Source of the DNA: Polyangiaceae bacterium
GTDB lineage: Bacteria > Myxococcota_A > Polyangia > Polyangiales > Polyangiaceae
Assembly: GCA_044376115.1 (NCBI GenBank)
Contig: JBILLK010000009.1
Span: 1 to 64,000, forward strand
Direction: 5' to 3'
DNA length: 64,000 nucleotides
Part shown: positions 37,548-46,823 of the stretch, piece by piece
Layout of the letters: every line of letters starts with the position of its first letter
Position numbering within the stretch: the stretch's first letter is position 1
Translations under genes and position numbers: made by a program
Notes under the pieces: generated by a model
What the model was told of the DNA's origin: nothing
The model's database searches: none
What the model saw: the letters and a program-made list of their open reading frames with translations, nothing else

Positions 37548-38411
37548 TCACTTTCGGCGCATTTGTCCGGGGGCAGACCCGAAGCGAGCGGCGAAGGCGC
37601 GACCGAAGTGCGCGGCATCGGCGAACCCGAGCGTCTCGGCGATCTGAGCTATGGTCAGGTCGTGACGGTTCAGTACCAGTTCGCGACCGCGCTCGAGGCG
37701 CAACTGAACCAGGTACTGCCAGGGCGACATGCCGGTTGCCGCGCGAAACCGACGGGCGAAGTGATAGGGCGAGAGCTCGGCGATCGCGGCGATTGCTGAA
37801 AGAGACAGCCCCTGGCCAAGGCGTGCCATCAGGAAGTCGTGCACACGTGCAACGGCGAGAACCGAGAGCCCTTCGTCCTTGGAAAACGGCGCGGAACGTC
37901 GGGCGTGGCGGCTGGCGAGCTGCGCTATCAACGCGGACGCAAGGGCATCCACGAGCCGCCGACTGCCAGGAGCCGTTGAGCCGACCTCGCCGCGCAGTTC
38001 GCGCGTAAGCCACACCAGCCGTTCATCGTGGAGGTCGTGGTAAGCGCGGAGTGTAACCTCCTCGCGGTTGGCGAGCGGGTGGTCTGCCAAAGCGTTAGCG
38101 ACCTGGTCCGTTGGTACCAGCACGCAGGTAGTCGAGAGCGCAGAACTCCAACCCCAGGCAAAGGGCGTCCGGGCTGGAATGAGCAAGGATCGACCCGCGA
38201 TGATTGGTTGCTCGCTCGACTCATTGGCCGCCTCGAGCGTGACCTTTCCGTCGGACGACTCGTGATGGATGCACAGCAGATGGGTCGCGAGGCCCGCGGG
38301 ATGAACGCTCTCCCCCGGTGGGTCACGACGTAGTTGCAACGACAGCGTCGCGAGATGAACCTCCCTGAGAACCTTGCCCGGGAGCGAGTTGCGATAGCCG
38401 GCGACCTTCAT
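37548..38411 (-). CDS. AraC family transcriptional regulator
   Basis: LSPYHFARRFRAATGMSP; IAETLGFADAAHFGRAF. Confidence 0.93.
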   Translation of the reverse strand: MKVAGYRNSLPGKVLREVHLATLSLQLRRDPPGESVHPAGLATHLLCIHHESSDGKVTLEAANESSEQPIIAGRSLLIPARTPFAWGWSSALSTTCVLVPTDQVANALADHPLANREEVTLRAYHDLHDERLVWLTRELRGEVGSTAPGSRRLVDALASALIAQLASRHARRSAPFSKDEGLSVLAVARVHDFLMARLGQGLSLSAIAAIAELSPYHFARRFRAATGMSPWQYLVQLRLERGRELVLNRHDLTIAQIAETLGFADAAHFGRAFAARFGSAPGQMRRK

Positions 38412-38554
38412 TGAGCGACCTCGTTCAGACGGAGCGAGTGTGGAGCGGGCTCTGAGTCCGATCGGACTCGGCTGCTCGGTTGCTTGAAGCACGCGAGAAC
38501 CTAATGCCTGGTGCGTCGTCGACTAGCGCGATGGAACGTGTCAGATTGGTGCGT

Positions 38555-39484
38555 ATGTCGACCCAATCGGAGCCGATGTTGGACGGTATGGTGGCCCTCG
38601 TCGCAGTCGTCACTCGGGGCGGCTTCACACCCGCCGCGGCTTCGCTCGGCCTGCAGAAGGGCACCGTCAGTCGCCGGGTTCAAGCGCTCGAGCAGCACCT
38701 CGGAGTGCAGCTCCTTCACCGCACGACGCGGCGCAGCCGGCTGACCGAGATCGGGACGGAGTTCTACCAACGTGCCTTGAAGATCGTGGACGCAGCGCGC
38801 GAAGCCGAGGCTGTCGCTCGCGCTTCGTCCGGCCAAGTCGCCGGGGTCCTGCGCGTCTGCATGCCCGAAATGCTCGCTGAGCTATTGGCGCAGTCTGTGT
38901 TCGTTCCGTTCATGCGCGCGCACCCCGACATGTCGCTGTCGGTGGAGTTTGCGACTCGACCGGTCGAGCCTGTTCGTGATGGCTACGATTTAGTGATTCG
39001 GCCCGGGGAGCTCGGGGACCTCTCGAATCCGTCTGTCGTTCGCTCGCGCCAGCTCCCGGGCGGGCCCGTGGTGCTGGTCGGTGCGCCGGACTACCTGCGC
39101 AGAAGCGGTCGGCCACTCTACCCACGAGACCTCAGCGCGCATGCGGCGGTGGTCGCGACGGTCGGAGCAAGTCATGAATGGCCCCTGTATGGTCCGCGCG
39201 GTCCCTTGAGCACCTCTCCCCGAGTTCGGCTGCGAACGCAGTCTTCGCGGCTCGCGCTGCGCGCTGTCCTCGCTGGGGTGGGGCTCGGCGCTTTTCCGAA
39301 GTTCTTCGTCCGCGCGCCGCTAGCCACGGGTCGCCTGGAGACATTGCTCGACAACTGGCTCTCCAAGCGGCCATCGATGGTGGCTATGTATCCGAGAGAC
39401 ACCCGAGCCGTCCCGGGTTTGAAACCGTTTGCGGACCTCTTGGTGCGAGTCTTGACGAGCGTGTCGGCAGGTAGCCCGCAGTAG
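38555..39484 (+). CDS. LysR family transcriptional regulator
   Basis: GFTPAAASLGLQKGTVSRRVQALEQHLGVQLLHRTTR. Confidence 0.93.
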   Translation: MSTQSEPMLDGMVALVAVVTRGGFTPAAASLGLQKGTVSRRVQALEQHLGVQLLHRTTRRSRLTEIGTEFYQRALKIVDAAREAEAVARASSGQVAGVLRVCMPEMLAELLAQSVFVPFMRAHPDMSLSVEFATRPVEPVRDGYDLVIRPGELGDLSNPSVVRSRQLPGGPVVLVGAPDYLRRSGRPLYPRDLSAHAAVVATVGASHEWPLYGPRGPLSTSPRVRLRTQSSRLALRAVLAGVGLGAFPKFFVRAPLATGRLETLLDNWLSKRPSMVAMYPRDTRAVPGLKPFADLLVRVLTSVSAGSPQ

Positions 39485-39675
39485 CGGACCTGGCCTTTCG
39501 CTGCAGTTCCACGGCGGTGCACTGTCGCGCAAAGCACGGCGCCACGGCGCGCCAGCTGCGCAAGCCGCCGTAGCCGCGGGCGCACGATTCTTATGCCCGC
39601 GGAGCACGCATGTACCTTTCGGAGGTTGCGCGAATGAAGCCATTGTGCGGCCGACGCATACGAAAGGAGTTCGAG

Positions 39676-40350
39676 ATGGTTACCGCCAATGCTGAATACC
39701 TGGAGCCGTTGACGAAGGACAATGTCGCCGTGCTCTTCGTGGACAATCAAACGGGTCTCATGTCCGGAGTGCAGTCGATCGACCACACTCTCTTGATCCG
39801 GAACACGGAGGCGCTCGCCGAACTCGCGAGGCTCTATCGGCTTCCGGTCGTGCTCACGACGACCGGCGGCGGGGCGAGCGGCCCAGGTGGAGGGCTGCTT
39901 CCAGCCATCACCGACGCGTTCCCCGACGTACCGGTCATCGACCGGATGCAATACTTCAACGCGATGTCGGACCCGAGCTTCGCGCAGGCAGTCCAAAAGA
40001 CGGATCGCAAGAAGATCTTGATTAGCGGAATCACGACCGACTACTGCGTCGTCTATCCGGCGATGAGCCTGATTCGAGCGGGCGCGCACGTCTACGTGGT
40101 GACGGATACGTGCGGCTCGTGGAACCAGCCCATCGAGGAGTCGGCGCTCGCGCGCTTGATTCAGATGGGGGCGACTCCTATCAACGTGCAGGCGGTCGCA
40201 GGAGAGCTTCAGAACAGCTACGCGGTAAGTGATCGGCCAGGCTCGCTCACCGTTCAACCTGGGCTCATGGCCTGGTTCAAGACGTACGGGCCGGCCACCG
40301 GTCTCATGCTCAAGGGCATGGAGGCTGCTGCGAAGGCGGCGGCACGCTGA
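39676..40350 (+). CDS. YcaC-like isochorismatase family hydrolase
   Basis: AAGGAG RBS; VLFVDNQ, IDR..FNA, ISGITTDYCV, DTCG. Confidence 0.9.
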   Translation: MVTANAEYLEPLTKDNVAVLFVDNQTGLMSGVQSIDHTLLIRNTEALAELARLYRLPVVLTTTGGGASGPGGGLLPAITDAFPDVPVIDRMQYFNAMSDPSFAQAVQKTDRKKILISGITTDYCVVYPAMSLIRAGAHVYVVTDTCGSWNQPIEESALARLIQMGATPINVQAVAGELQNSYAVSDRPGSLTVQPGLMAWFKTYGPATGLMLKGMEAAAKAAAR

Positions 40351-40353
40351 GGC

Positions 40354-40632
40354 GTGAGACCGCGTCTCCCGCCCCGTGCCCGTAACATCGTGTTCATCTT
40401 TTGGATGACTTTGCTCATGGGGCTCACCCTCTCGGCGGTCACGACGCTCCAGGCGACGGGACTCGACTCGAGCTTCTGGGCAGCCTGGCTCGCGCGCTTC
40501 GCGAGAACCTACGCGATGGTCGTCCCCACGGTGCTCGTGATGAGTCCCATCGCGAATCGCTTGACGGACGCGATCGTCGCCACTGCGCCGGACGCGCCCA
40601 GCTCGTCGACCGACGGATCGGCAATGCAATGA
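40354..40632 (+). CDS. DUF2798-like membrane protein
   Basis: Two hydrophobic segments; FWAAWLARF...VVPT. Confidence 0.75.
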   Translation: MRPRLPPRARNIVFIFWMTLLMGLTLSAVTTLQATGLDSSFWAAWLARFARTYAMVVPTVLVMSPIANRLTDAIVATAPDAPSSSTDGSAMQ

Positions 40633-41072
40633 CGCCCGAGTACAACGCTACGCGGCGCGCCCGCTCAAATGACTTGGGTCTCCTGCTCCTCCGAATCGGG
40701 ACGACCGCGCTCATCTGGGCGTTCCACATACGCCCGAAGCTCGCTCATTTCGACGACGAGCTAGCCAGCTTCCCGGACCCAATCGGGATTGGCCACGCTG
40801 CGAGTTTCGTGCTCGCGCTGTTGTCGGAAGGGGCGTGCAGCCTGCTGGTGGCGGTGGGGCTGCTAGCCCGCCTCGCTTCCCTACCGATCCTCTTCACCAT
40901 GCTCATGGTGCTGTACCTAGCAACCCAGGGCTTCGCCGGGGCTGATGTGCAGTCCGCGCTGCTTTACGCGCTCCCTTACGCGGCTATCGTCCTCACGGGG
41001 CCCGGTCGCTGGTCGCTCGATCATCGTCTCCTACCAATGTACGACGCTCTATTTCTGCGCCTTGAGCGCTAG
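40629..41072 (+). CDS. DoxX family membrane protein
   Basis: DLGLLLLRI, FPDPIGIG, TGPGRWSLD. Confidence 0.88.
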   Translation: MTPEYNATRRARSNDLGLLLLRIGTTALIWAFHIRPKLAHFDDELASFPDPIGIGHAASFVLALLSEGACSLLVAVGLLARLASLPILFTMLMVLYLATQGFAGADVQSALLYALPYAAIVLTGPGRWSLDHRLLPMYDALFLRLER

Positions 41073-41881
41073 CCGAAGAGCGCTGGAAATCGCTCGACGA
41101 GGCCTTCCCACAAGCGCTCGGGCGGCGCGATCGGCGGGTCTGTGCCGAAGATTGGCTGGAGGCGTCGCAGCTGGCCGAGCTGCTCGTGGGCCTGAGCGAC
41201 CTCGTCCGCGAGCGGTAAGCTCGTCCAGTGCCTTCGGATCGGAGCGAGCTGCTGTTTGGCGTTGGCTTGGCGATCGCAGCGGCAGGGCTTGCTTGCATCG
41301 ATCAGGCCGCAGCGCTCCTCGAGCACCGGGCGCATTTTGGCCCTTGCGCGCGAGAGACGTTGCCTGAGCGCTTCCGGCGTCACCTCGCACATTTGGGCGG
41401 CCTCTACGTCGCTCGCGCCCAGCACCTCGACCAGCAGGACCGCGACGCGTTCATCGCGGCTGAGTGCGAACAACATGTTTTGCGTGCACGCGAGTCGCAC
41501 CTCCCGTTCGAGCACCCGCACCTCGCCTTCGGGCTGGGCTCCCGGCTGCGTCACCGATAGTCCGAGATCGATGATCGCCGCCATCTGTTCGAGATCGACC
41601 GGCGTTTCACGGGTGCCTTTGGGACGCCGCAAAAGATGCCTGGTTGCGATCGTGTAGCTCCAGGTCAGCAGTCGGCTCTCACCGCGGAACTGCGAGAGAT
41701 GCGTCACGATCTGGATCAGCACCTCCTGCGTCGCGTCTTCGGCGTCCGCCGTACTCCCGAGCGTGCGCAAGGCAAGCCGGTACAGCGGACCTTGAAGGGC
41801 GTGGCAGAGCGCACCGAGCGCGCTACGGTCGCCTGCGAGGGCGCGGGTAGCAAGGGGCGCGAGCGGGTCATCAGGGTGCAT
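41069..41881 (-). CDS. ECF sigma-70 factor with Cys-containing C-terminal extension
   Basis: DAEDATQE, WSYTIA, RQRLSRAR; CGL...PCRC extension. Confidence 0.9.
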   Translation of the reverse strand: MHPDDPLAPLATRALAGDRSALGALCHALQGPLYRLALRTLGSTADAEDATQEVLIQIVTHLSQFRGESRLLTWSYTIATRHLLRRPKGTRETPVDLEQMAAIIDLGLSVTQPGAQPEGEVRVLEREVRLACTQNMLFALSRDERVAVLLVEVLGASDVEAAQMCEVTPEALRQRLSRARAKMRPVLEERCGLIDASKPCRCDRQANAKQQLAPIRRHWTSLPLADEVAQAHEQLGQLRRLQPIFGTDPPIAPPERLWEGLVERFPALFG

Positions 41882-41902
41882 GTCCGGGTCTCCGCAGAGT
41901 GT

Positions 41903-41973
41903 GAGGCATACCACCCCCCGCTTGTGACAAGCTGCTGTCGATTGTTCGTCACAAGCGAAAGGGTGCGGACCTC
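41903..41973. promoter_or_regulatory. Back-to-back ECF-type promoters YGTCACA-N16-CCTC
   Basis: Minus: TGTCACA 41929-41923, CCTC 41906-41903. Plus: CGTCACA 41947-41953, CCTC 41970-41973. Confidence 0.7.
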
Positions 41974-41982
41974 CAAGTGGGT

Positions 41983-42402
41983 ATGGACCATCCCACAGCG
42001 AACAAATCGTGGCGCCGAGCTGGCCTCACGATGGCAACGTTACTCGCCCTTTTCATCACCATCAGCGCCTTGCGGGCGACGTTTGCGCCGGAGGCTTTTG
42101 CGGCCGCCTTCGGCCTGCCACTGCACAACTTAGCCGATAGCGGGTTCCTCGGCGTCTACGCGATTCGCAGCCTCTTCCTTTGCGCCTTCACGCTGGTGTT
42201 GGTCGCGAAGCGTGAGCTTCGGACGTTGTCCTTGTTTGCGCTGCTCGCGTGCTCGATGCCGGTCGCGGATGCGCTTTGGGTGCTGCTCAAGACGGGCGAA
42301 CCGACGGCGATGATCCGGCATGGCGTGATCGGTGCCTATCTGCTTGCAACGGCGCTCGTGCTGCGTAGGGCGACGCGGTCAGCCGGGCCGGTGCTGGCGT
42401 GA
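41983..42402 (+). CDS. DUF4267 membrane protein
   Basis: AAAFGLP, YAIRSL, PVADA, H; four TM segments. Confidence 0.78.
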   Translation: MDHPTANKSWRRAGLTMATLLALFITISALRATFAPEAFAAAFGLPLHNLADSGFLGVYAIRSLFLCAFTLVLVAKRELRTLSLFALLACSMPVADALWVLLKTGEPTAMIRHGVIGAYLLATALVLRRATRSAGPVLA

Positions 42403-43520
42403 CCGGCACCATGCAAGGGTTGATGTTCCTCGAGCCTGGCCGGCTCGCTTGGCGCGAGGTCCCAGTCCCGCGGCTCGAGTCGGAGAGCGACGCGCTGGTG
42501 CGCCCGCTCGCCGTTGCCCGCTGCGATCTGGACGCCGCCGTGGTTCGCGGGGAAGCACCGTTTCGCGGCAAGGCGCTGCATTATTTGCGCAACCACCTAC
42601 CCAACGTGGTTGGACAAAAGGGGCTCTTCCGTGATGCTCCATTTCGCGGCCCGTACGCGTTTGGTCACGAGTCGGTCGGCGAGATCATCGAGGTCGGTTC
42701 GGAGGTGAGCACGCGCCGCGTGGGCGAGCGCGTCGTGGTGCCGTTTCAGATCGCCTGCGGTACCTGCTCACGTTGTCGCGCGGGGCTTACGTCGTGTTGC
42801 GAGGCGGTGCCGGCTCGCTCGATGTATGGCTTCGGCGCGCTCGGCGGTATGCGCTGGGGCGGCGTGCTCAGCGATTGCGTGCGCGTACCGTTCGCCGACC
42901 AGATGCTGCTGCCGTTGCCGGAAGGCGCTTCGCCGGAGGCGCTCGCCAGCGCCGGGGACAACGTCGCCGACGGCTATCGCACGGTGGCCGGTCCGCTGCG
43001 CGCGCGGCCTGGAGCCGAAGTGCTTGTGGTCGGCGGTGGAGCGCACAGCGTGGCGCTTTACGCGGTGGCTTGTGCGCTGGCGCTGGGCGCCTCGCGCGTG
43101 GTGTACGCCGACGTCGCCAAGGAGCGCTTGGAGCATGCAGCGCGTTTGGGCGCGCAGCCAGTCGAGCTGCCGCACAAGCCGCGGCGGCTCGGTCGGTTTC
43201 CGATCACGGTCGATGCTTCCGCGCACGAGCACGGTCTCGGGATCGCTCTGCGCTCCACCGACCACGGTGGCGTGTGCACCAGCACGGGCATCTACTATGC
43301 GTCGCGGACGCCGGTGCCTCTGCTCGATATGTACGGCACCGGCCTCACCTTCGTGACCGGCCGGGTCGATTCGCGCGCCGTGCTTCCGGAGGTGCTCGCG
43401 CTCGTTGCCTCGGGCAAACTGCGTCCCGAACGAATCACCACGCTGGTTGCCTCATGGCGCGACGCCGCCGAAGCGATGCTCGACCCAAGTGTGAAGGTCG
43501 TCGTCGCGCGGCCGGCCTGA
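42399..43520 (+). CDS. Zn-dependent alcohol dehydrogenase (MDR family)
   Basis: CDLD, GHESVG, CGTCSRCRAGLTSCC. Confidence 0.93.
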   Translation: MTGTMQGLMFLEPGRLAWREVPVPRLESESDALVRPLAVARCDLDAAVVRGEAPFRGKALHYLRNHLPNVVGQKGLFRDAPFRGPYAFGHESVGEIIEVGSEVSTRRVGERVVVPFQIACGTCSRCRAGLTSCCEAVPARSMYGFGALGGMRWGGVLSDCVRVPFADQMLLPLPEGASPEALASAGDNVADGYRTVAGPLRARPGAEVLVVGGGAHSVALYAVACALALGASRVVYADVAKERLEHAARLGAQPVELPHKPRRLGRFPITVDASAHEHGLGIALRSTDHGGVCTSTGIYYASRTPVPLLDMYGTGLTFVTGRVDSRAVLPEVLALVASGKLRPERITTLVASWRDAAEAMLDPSVKVVVARPA

Positions 43521-43538
43521 GCGCGCTACTCGCGCGCG

Positions 43539-44039
43539 TCACTTGTTCCAGCGCGTCGTGGCCCTTCGGTTTGGGCCGACGATGCGCACCGTGTACTCCC
43601 CGGGTACACGCGGCAGATAGGCTGTTACACAACGTCCGTCGGCGTCGAGCGCTAACCACGGGTGCGTGACATACGTTTGTTGCCGATGGCTTTGCCCGGG
43701 CTCGAGCGTGGCATAGCTCACCCTGCGGCCGTTGAAGTCCAGCCAGGTGAGCGTCAGCGGAGTCTGCGTCATGTTGTGAAAGACGATGTGCAGCGACTCC
43801 TCGCTCGCCAAGGAGCGCAGATCTGGCTCGCGCGCGCAGGTGAGTTCGAGCACCGGTCCGAGGGGCTCGCTATCGATTTGCGACCCCGTGACCACGAGCG
43901 GGGTCGCTGTGACACGCGAAGGTGCTGACGCGGGGCCCGGGATCGTCACTGAAGCCGCAACAGGCTGCGTCGCGTCCGCTGCTCTAGCGCAACCAGCGCT
44001 CAGCAAGACCAACGCTCCGCTCCAGATCGTTCGCCTCAT
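43539..44039 (-). CDS. Lipoprotein with VHL beta domain
   Basis: Lipobox SAGC; IVFHN...WLDFNG...YATLEPG...QTYVTHPW. Confidence 0.8.
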   Translation of the reverse strand: MRRTIWSGALVLLSAGCARAADATQPVAASVTIPGPASAPSRVTATPLVVTGSQIDSEPLGPVLELTCAREPDLRSLASEESLHIVFHNMTQTPLTLTWLDFNGRRVSYATLEPGQSHRQQTYVTHPWLALDADGRCVTAYLPRVPGEYTVRIVGPNRRATTRWNK

Positions 44040-44085
44040 CCTTTAGTCCTCCTGCTTGAGCTCGTCCGCACACGCGCCCGCGTCC

Positions 44086-44847
44086 TCAAACTCGGATCGG
44101 TAGCTCCAAGTAGCGCTCATAAATTCGCTGCCGATGCGCGAGCAGCGTGGGCAGCGCCGGTAGCTCCGACTGCATGCTTTCGAAGGCGGCGCGAATGGGC
44201 GGGAGCATGGGGCAAAGCTCCTCGGACATCGGCACGAAGGTGTTCATTGCTGCCGCCGCATAGAGGTCGAGCGCGCTCAGCTTGTCACCGAAGAAGTACT
44301 CGCGTGCTCCCAGCGTCTCCACCAACAGAGCGAGCCCCTCTTGTACGCGTTGTCTGGCGCGACTGAGCTCCGCTGCTGGCAGCCCGTAGCGCTCACCGAG
44401 ATAGCGGCCAACAAACGGTGGAAAGCCGCGCGCGCCGTCGCTCTCGATCCCGGCCTGAATGGTCAAGAGCCGGCTGCACCACAAGACCCCGCCGGCGCCC
44501 ATCAGTTCATGCGCCAACCCGAAAAAGCGAACGCGCTCGCTCGGGTTCGCCGGTACCAGCGAGCGCTCGGGAGCGAGCCGTTCGCCGAGCTCGAGGATCT
44601 CGGCCCAGCCCGTCTTCGCAGGCTCATCCTCGTACATCGCGGCGGGCGCGTTGGCGCTGCGCGTCCACTTGCGGACTTCCTTGTCCCCGGGGTTGAGCCG
44701 CACCGCGACGAACGGGATCTGCTTGCACACAAAAAGGGCTTTGGCGGCCTCCGACCATGGGCTCGGAATGCCGCCAACCGTTACCAACCGTAGCCCGCGG
44801 GCGGCCTTGGCTACCTCAAGCTCTACAAACTCCACCGACGTTGCCAT
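44086..44847 (-). CDS. Glutathione S-transferase-like protein
   Basis: PSPWSEAAK; YFFGDKLSALDLY. Confidence 0.82.
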   Translation of the reverse strand: MATSVEFVELEVAKAARGLRLVTVGGIPSPWSEAAKALFVCKQIPFVAVRLNPGDKEVRKWTRSANAPAAMYEDEPAKTGWAEILELGERLAPERSLVPANPSERVRFFGLAHELMGAGGVLWCSRLLTIQAGIESDGARGFPPFVGRYLGERYGLPAAELSRARQRVQEGLALLVETLGAREYFFGDKLSALDLYAAAAMNTFVPMSEELCPMLPPIRAAFESMQSELPALPTLLAHRQRIYERYLELPIRV

Positions 44848-44910
44848 CGGCGCAGCATAGGCGAGGTTGGTCCAAGGACGGGTGCACAGATGCCCGTGCG
44901 CGGGATGGGA

Positions 44911-46560
44911 TCAGAGCTCCGAGTACGTCAGCCCGCAGAGGGCGATCTTCTGATCGCAATCGCCTGACTCCATCGGGGTCTCCATGCAGGCGTAGAAGTC
45001 GTTCCACTCGGGGTTGCAGCCGTGGTTGATGCCCGAGGCGCTGTCGCCACCCCACTTGGATAGGCACTTGATCAAGGCGATGCCCGGGTCAGGGCAGTGC
45101 GTCGGAGCACAGCTCGAGACCGCGTCGATCACGCAGGATGCGCATTGCCCACCACCCACGGTGGCGCAGTTGAAGAAGCAGGTCCCGTCGCCTTCGGCGC
45201 AGGTTTGAATGCACGGCTCGAACGCGCCGCAGCTGATGTTCTCCTCCTCGAACGGCACCATCATCAGCACGTAGTTGAGGCACATCTCGTCATACGTACC
45301 CTCGCCCCAGTAAACATCACGCGGCATGAGCTGCTCGCCCTGAACCTCGGGTTGGTGCATCGGACTGTTGTCGTAGGTGCAGGACAAGTGGATCTTGTCG
45401 CCTTTCTTCCCCTCGATCGGCTCGGCGAGTCCGTAGCCGCCTTGCCAATGAAAGTCCCAGCGAGGGATGTCGATCATGCACTGCTTCTCACCCGACTCGA
45501 GGCTCTCGTGCCACACCGAGATCTCAGTGCCGAGCACGTGCATGTGCGGTGAGTTGGCGATGATCGTTCCGTCGGCGGGAAGCTCGAACACCCGCTCCTG
45601 AACGCTCGCCTCATCGCCGGCGGGGACCTTCATCGCGAGGTGAGCCATCGGCAGCGACTCCACGCGCCACTTCGGCTTGTTGGGTGTCGTCCACAGCTTG
45701 GCGTACGAGATGTCGGCCGGGATCTCTGCATCGGCGGCGAAGGCGAGCACGTTGTAATGCATCTGCAGCACGAGCCGCGAGCCCTTCGGAATGATCGTCG
45801 CGGCTCCCTCAGGCATACGCCCTTGTTGTGCACCAGGAGCCCAGCCGGCGATGGTGTTGAGCGTGCCACCGCCAGTGCCACCAAAGCACTCGTAGCCGGC
45901 CACGTCGTCCTTGTCGTTCAGCTTCTCCACCTCGGCGATGCCCTCCGGCGGAATCAAGTAGACCAAGGCGTGATGTCCCAGTGCCTGAACGCCGGGCTCG
46001 AGGAACGTGGAAATCAGGTAGGTGTCTTCCTCGAACTCCGCATCGAGAAGAAAGCAGCGATAGTCGTCGGCACCGTTGTAGGGTTGCGGGATGTACCCCG
46101 CGGAGGAGGGGAGTTCATAGGTGGCCGGCCCTAGCGTGTCGGCGAGCCGCTCGGGCACCTCGGGAGCGACGTACTCTTCCGCGGAGCCCTCCGGGAAGCC
46201 TTCATCACGCCAGCTCAGGAAAGTCGCCCGCTCTTCGTCGGTGAGCGAACGATCCCCGACGTACTCCTGACAGTCCTTGCTTGCGGCCCACGGCGGCATG
46301 GTGCCCTTGTCGACCGACTCCACCGCGAGCTTGAGCCACTCTGGCGTTCCCTCGCTCCACTCGGAAGCATCGAACTTCATCGTGATGGGGGCAGGCCCAC
46401 CATCGTAGTGACAGCCGCTACACTTCGCCTCCATCAGTGGCCGTACGTCACGATGGAAGCTGACTGCGGCTGTCGGCTCCTCCTCTCCACAGCCTACGAG
46501 GCCGAGCACAGAGGAAACGAACAGCAAGGCGGCGGGGAGAGCACGTCGAGTTGAGCGCAT
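44911..46560 (-). CDS. Copper type II (PHM/DBH-like) monooxygenase lipoprotein with heme-c motif
   Basis: Lipobox LVGC; CSGCH; DDYRCF, GHH, LQMHY, PHMH, WDFHWQ, DEMC; Cys-rich tail. Confidence 0.88.
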   Translation of the reverse strand: MRSTRRALPAALLFVSSVLGLVGCGEEEPTAAVSFHRDVRPLMEAKCSGCHYDGGPAPITMKFDASEWSEGTPEWLKLAVESVDKGTMPPWAASKDCQEYVGDRSLTDEERATFLSWRDEGFPEGSAEEYVAPEVPERLADTLGPATYELPSSAGYIPQPYNGADDYRCFLLDAEFEEDTYLISTFLEPGVQALGHHALVYLIPPEGIAEVEKLNDKDDVAGYECFGGTGGGTLNTIAGWAPGAQQGRMPEGAATIIPKGSRLVLQMHYNVLAFAADAEIPADISYAKLWTTPNKPKWRVESLPMAHLAMKVPAGDEASVQERVFELPADGTIIANSPHMHVLGTEISVWHESLESGEKQCMIDIPRWDFHWQGGYGLAEPIEGKKGDKIHLSCTYDNSPMHQPEVQGEQLMPRDVYWGEGTYDEMCLNYVLMMVPFEEENISCGAFEPCIQTCAEGDGTCFFNCATVGGGQCASCVIDAVSSCAPTHCPDPGIALIKCLSKWGGDSASGINHGCNPEWNDFYACMETPMESGDCDQKIALCGLTYSEL

Positions 46561-46823
46561 GCTGTATACATATTGTATCCAGACAGGTCCGCTCAAGTGA
46601 ATACGTCGGCCTGTTGACTTTTGGTAGGTAAAGGATGTTCGGTGTAGGAGGCCGAAATTACTCGGTGATTGGTAGGCTGCCCAGGGGTGCCAATGCCCCA
46701 GGATCGGGCGACCGCCAGGCTCGCGAAAGGCCCGGATAGGGTGTATACGTCGTGTATACTTTGGTGCTGTTGACTGGAATTTTGCAGTGATTCCGCCTGG
46801 GGACACATGTCCCCTGCCGACTG

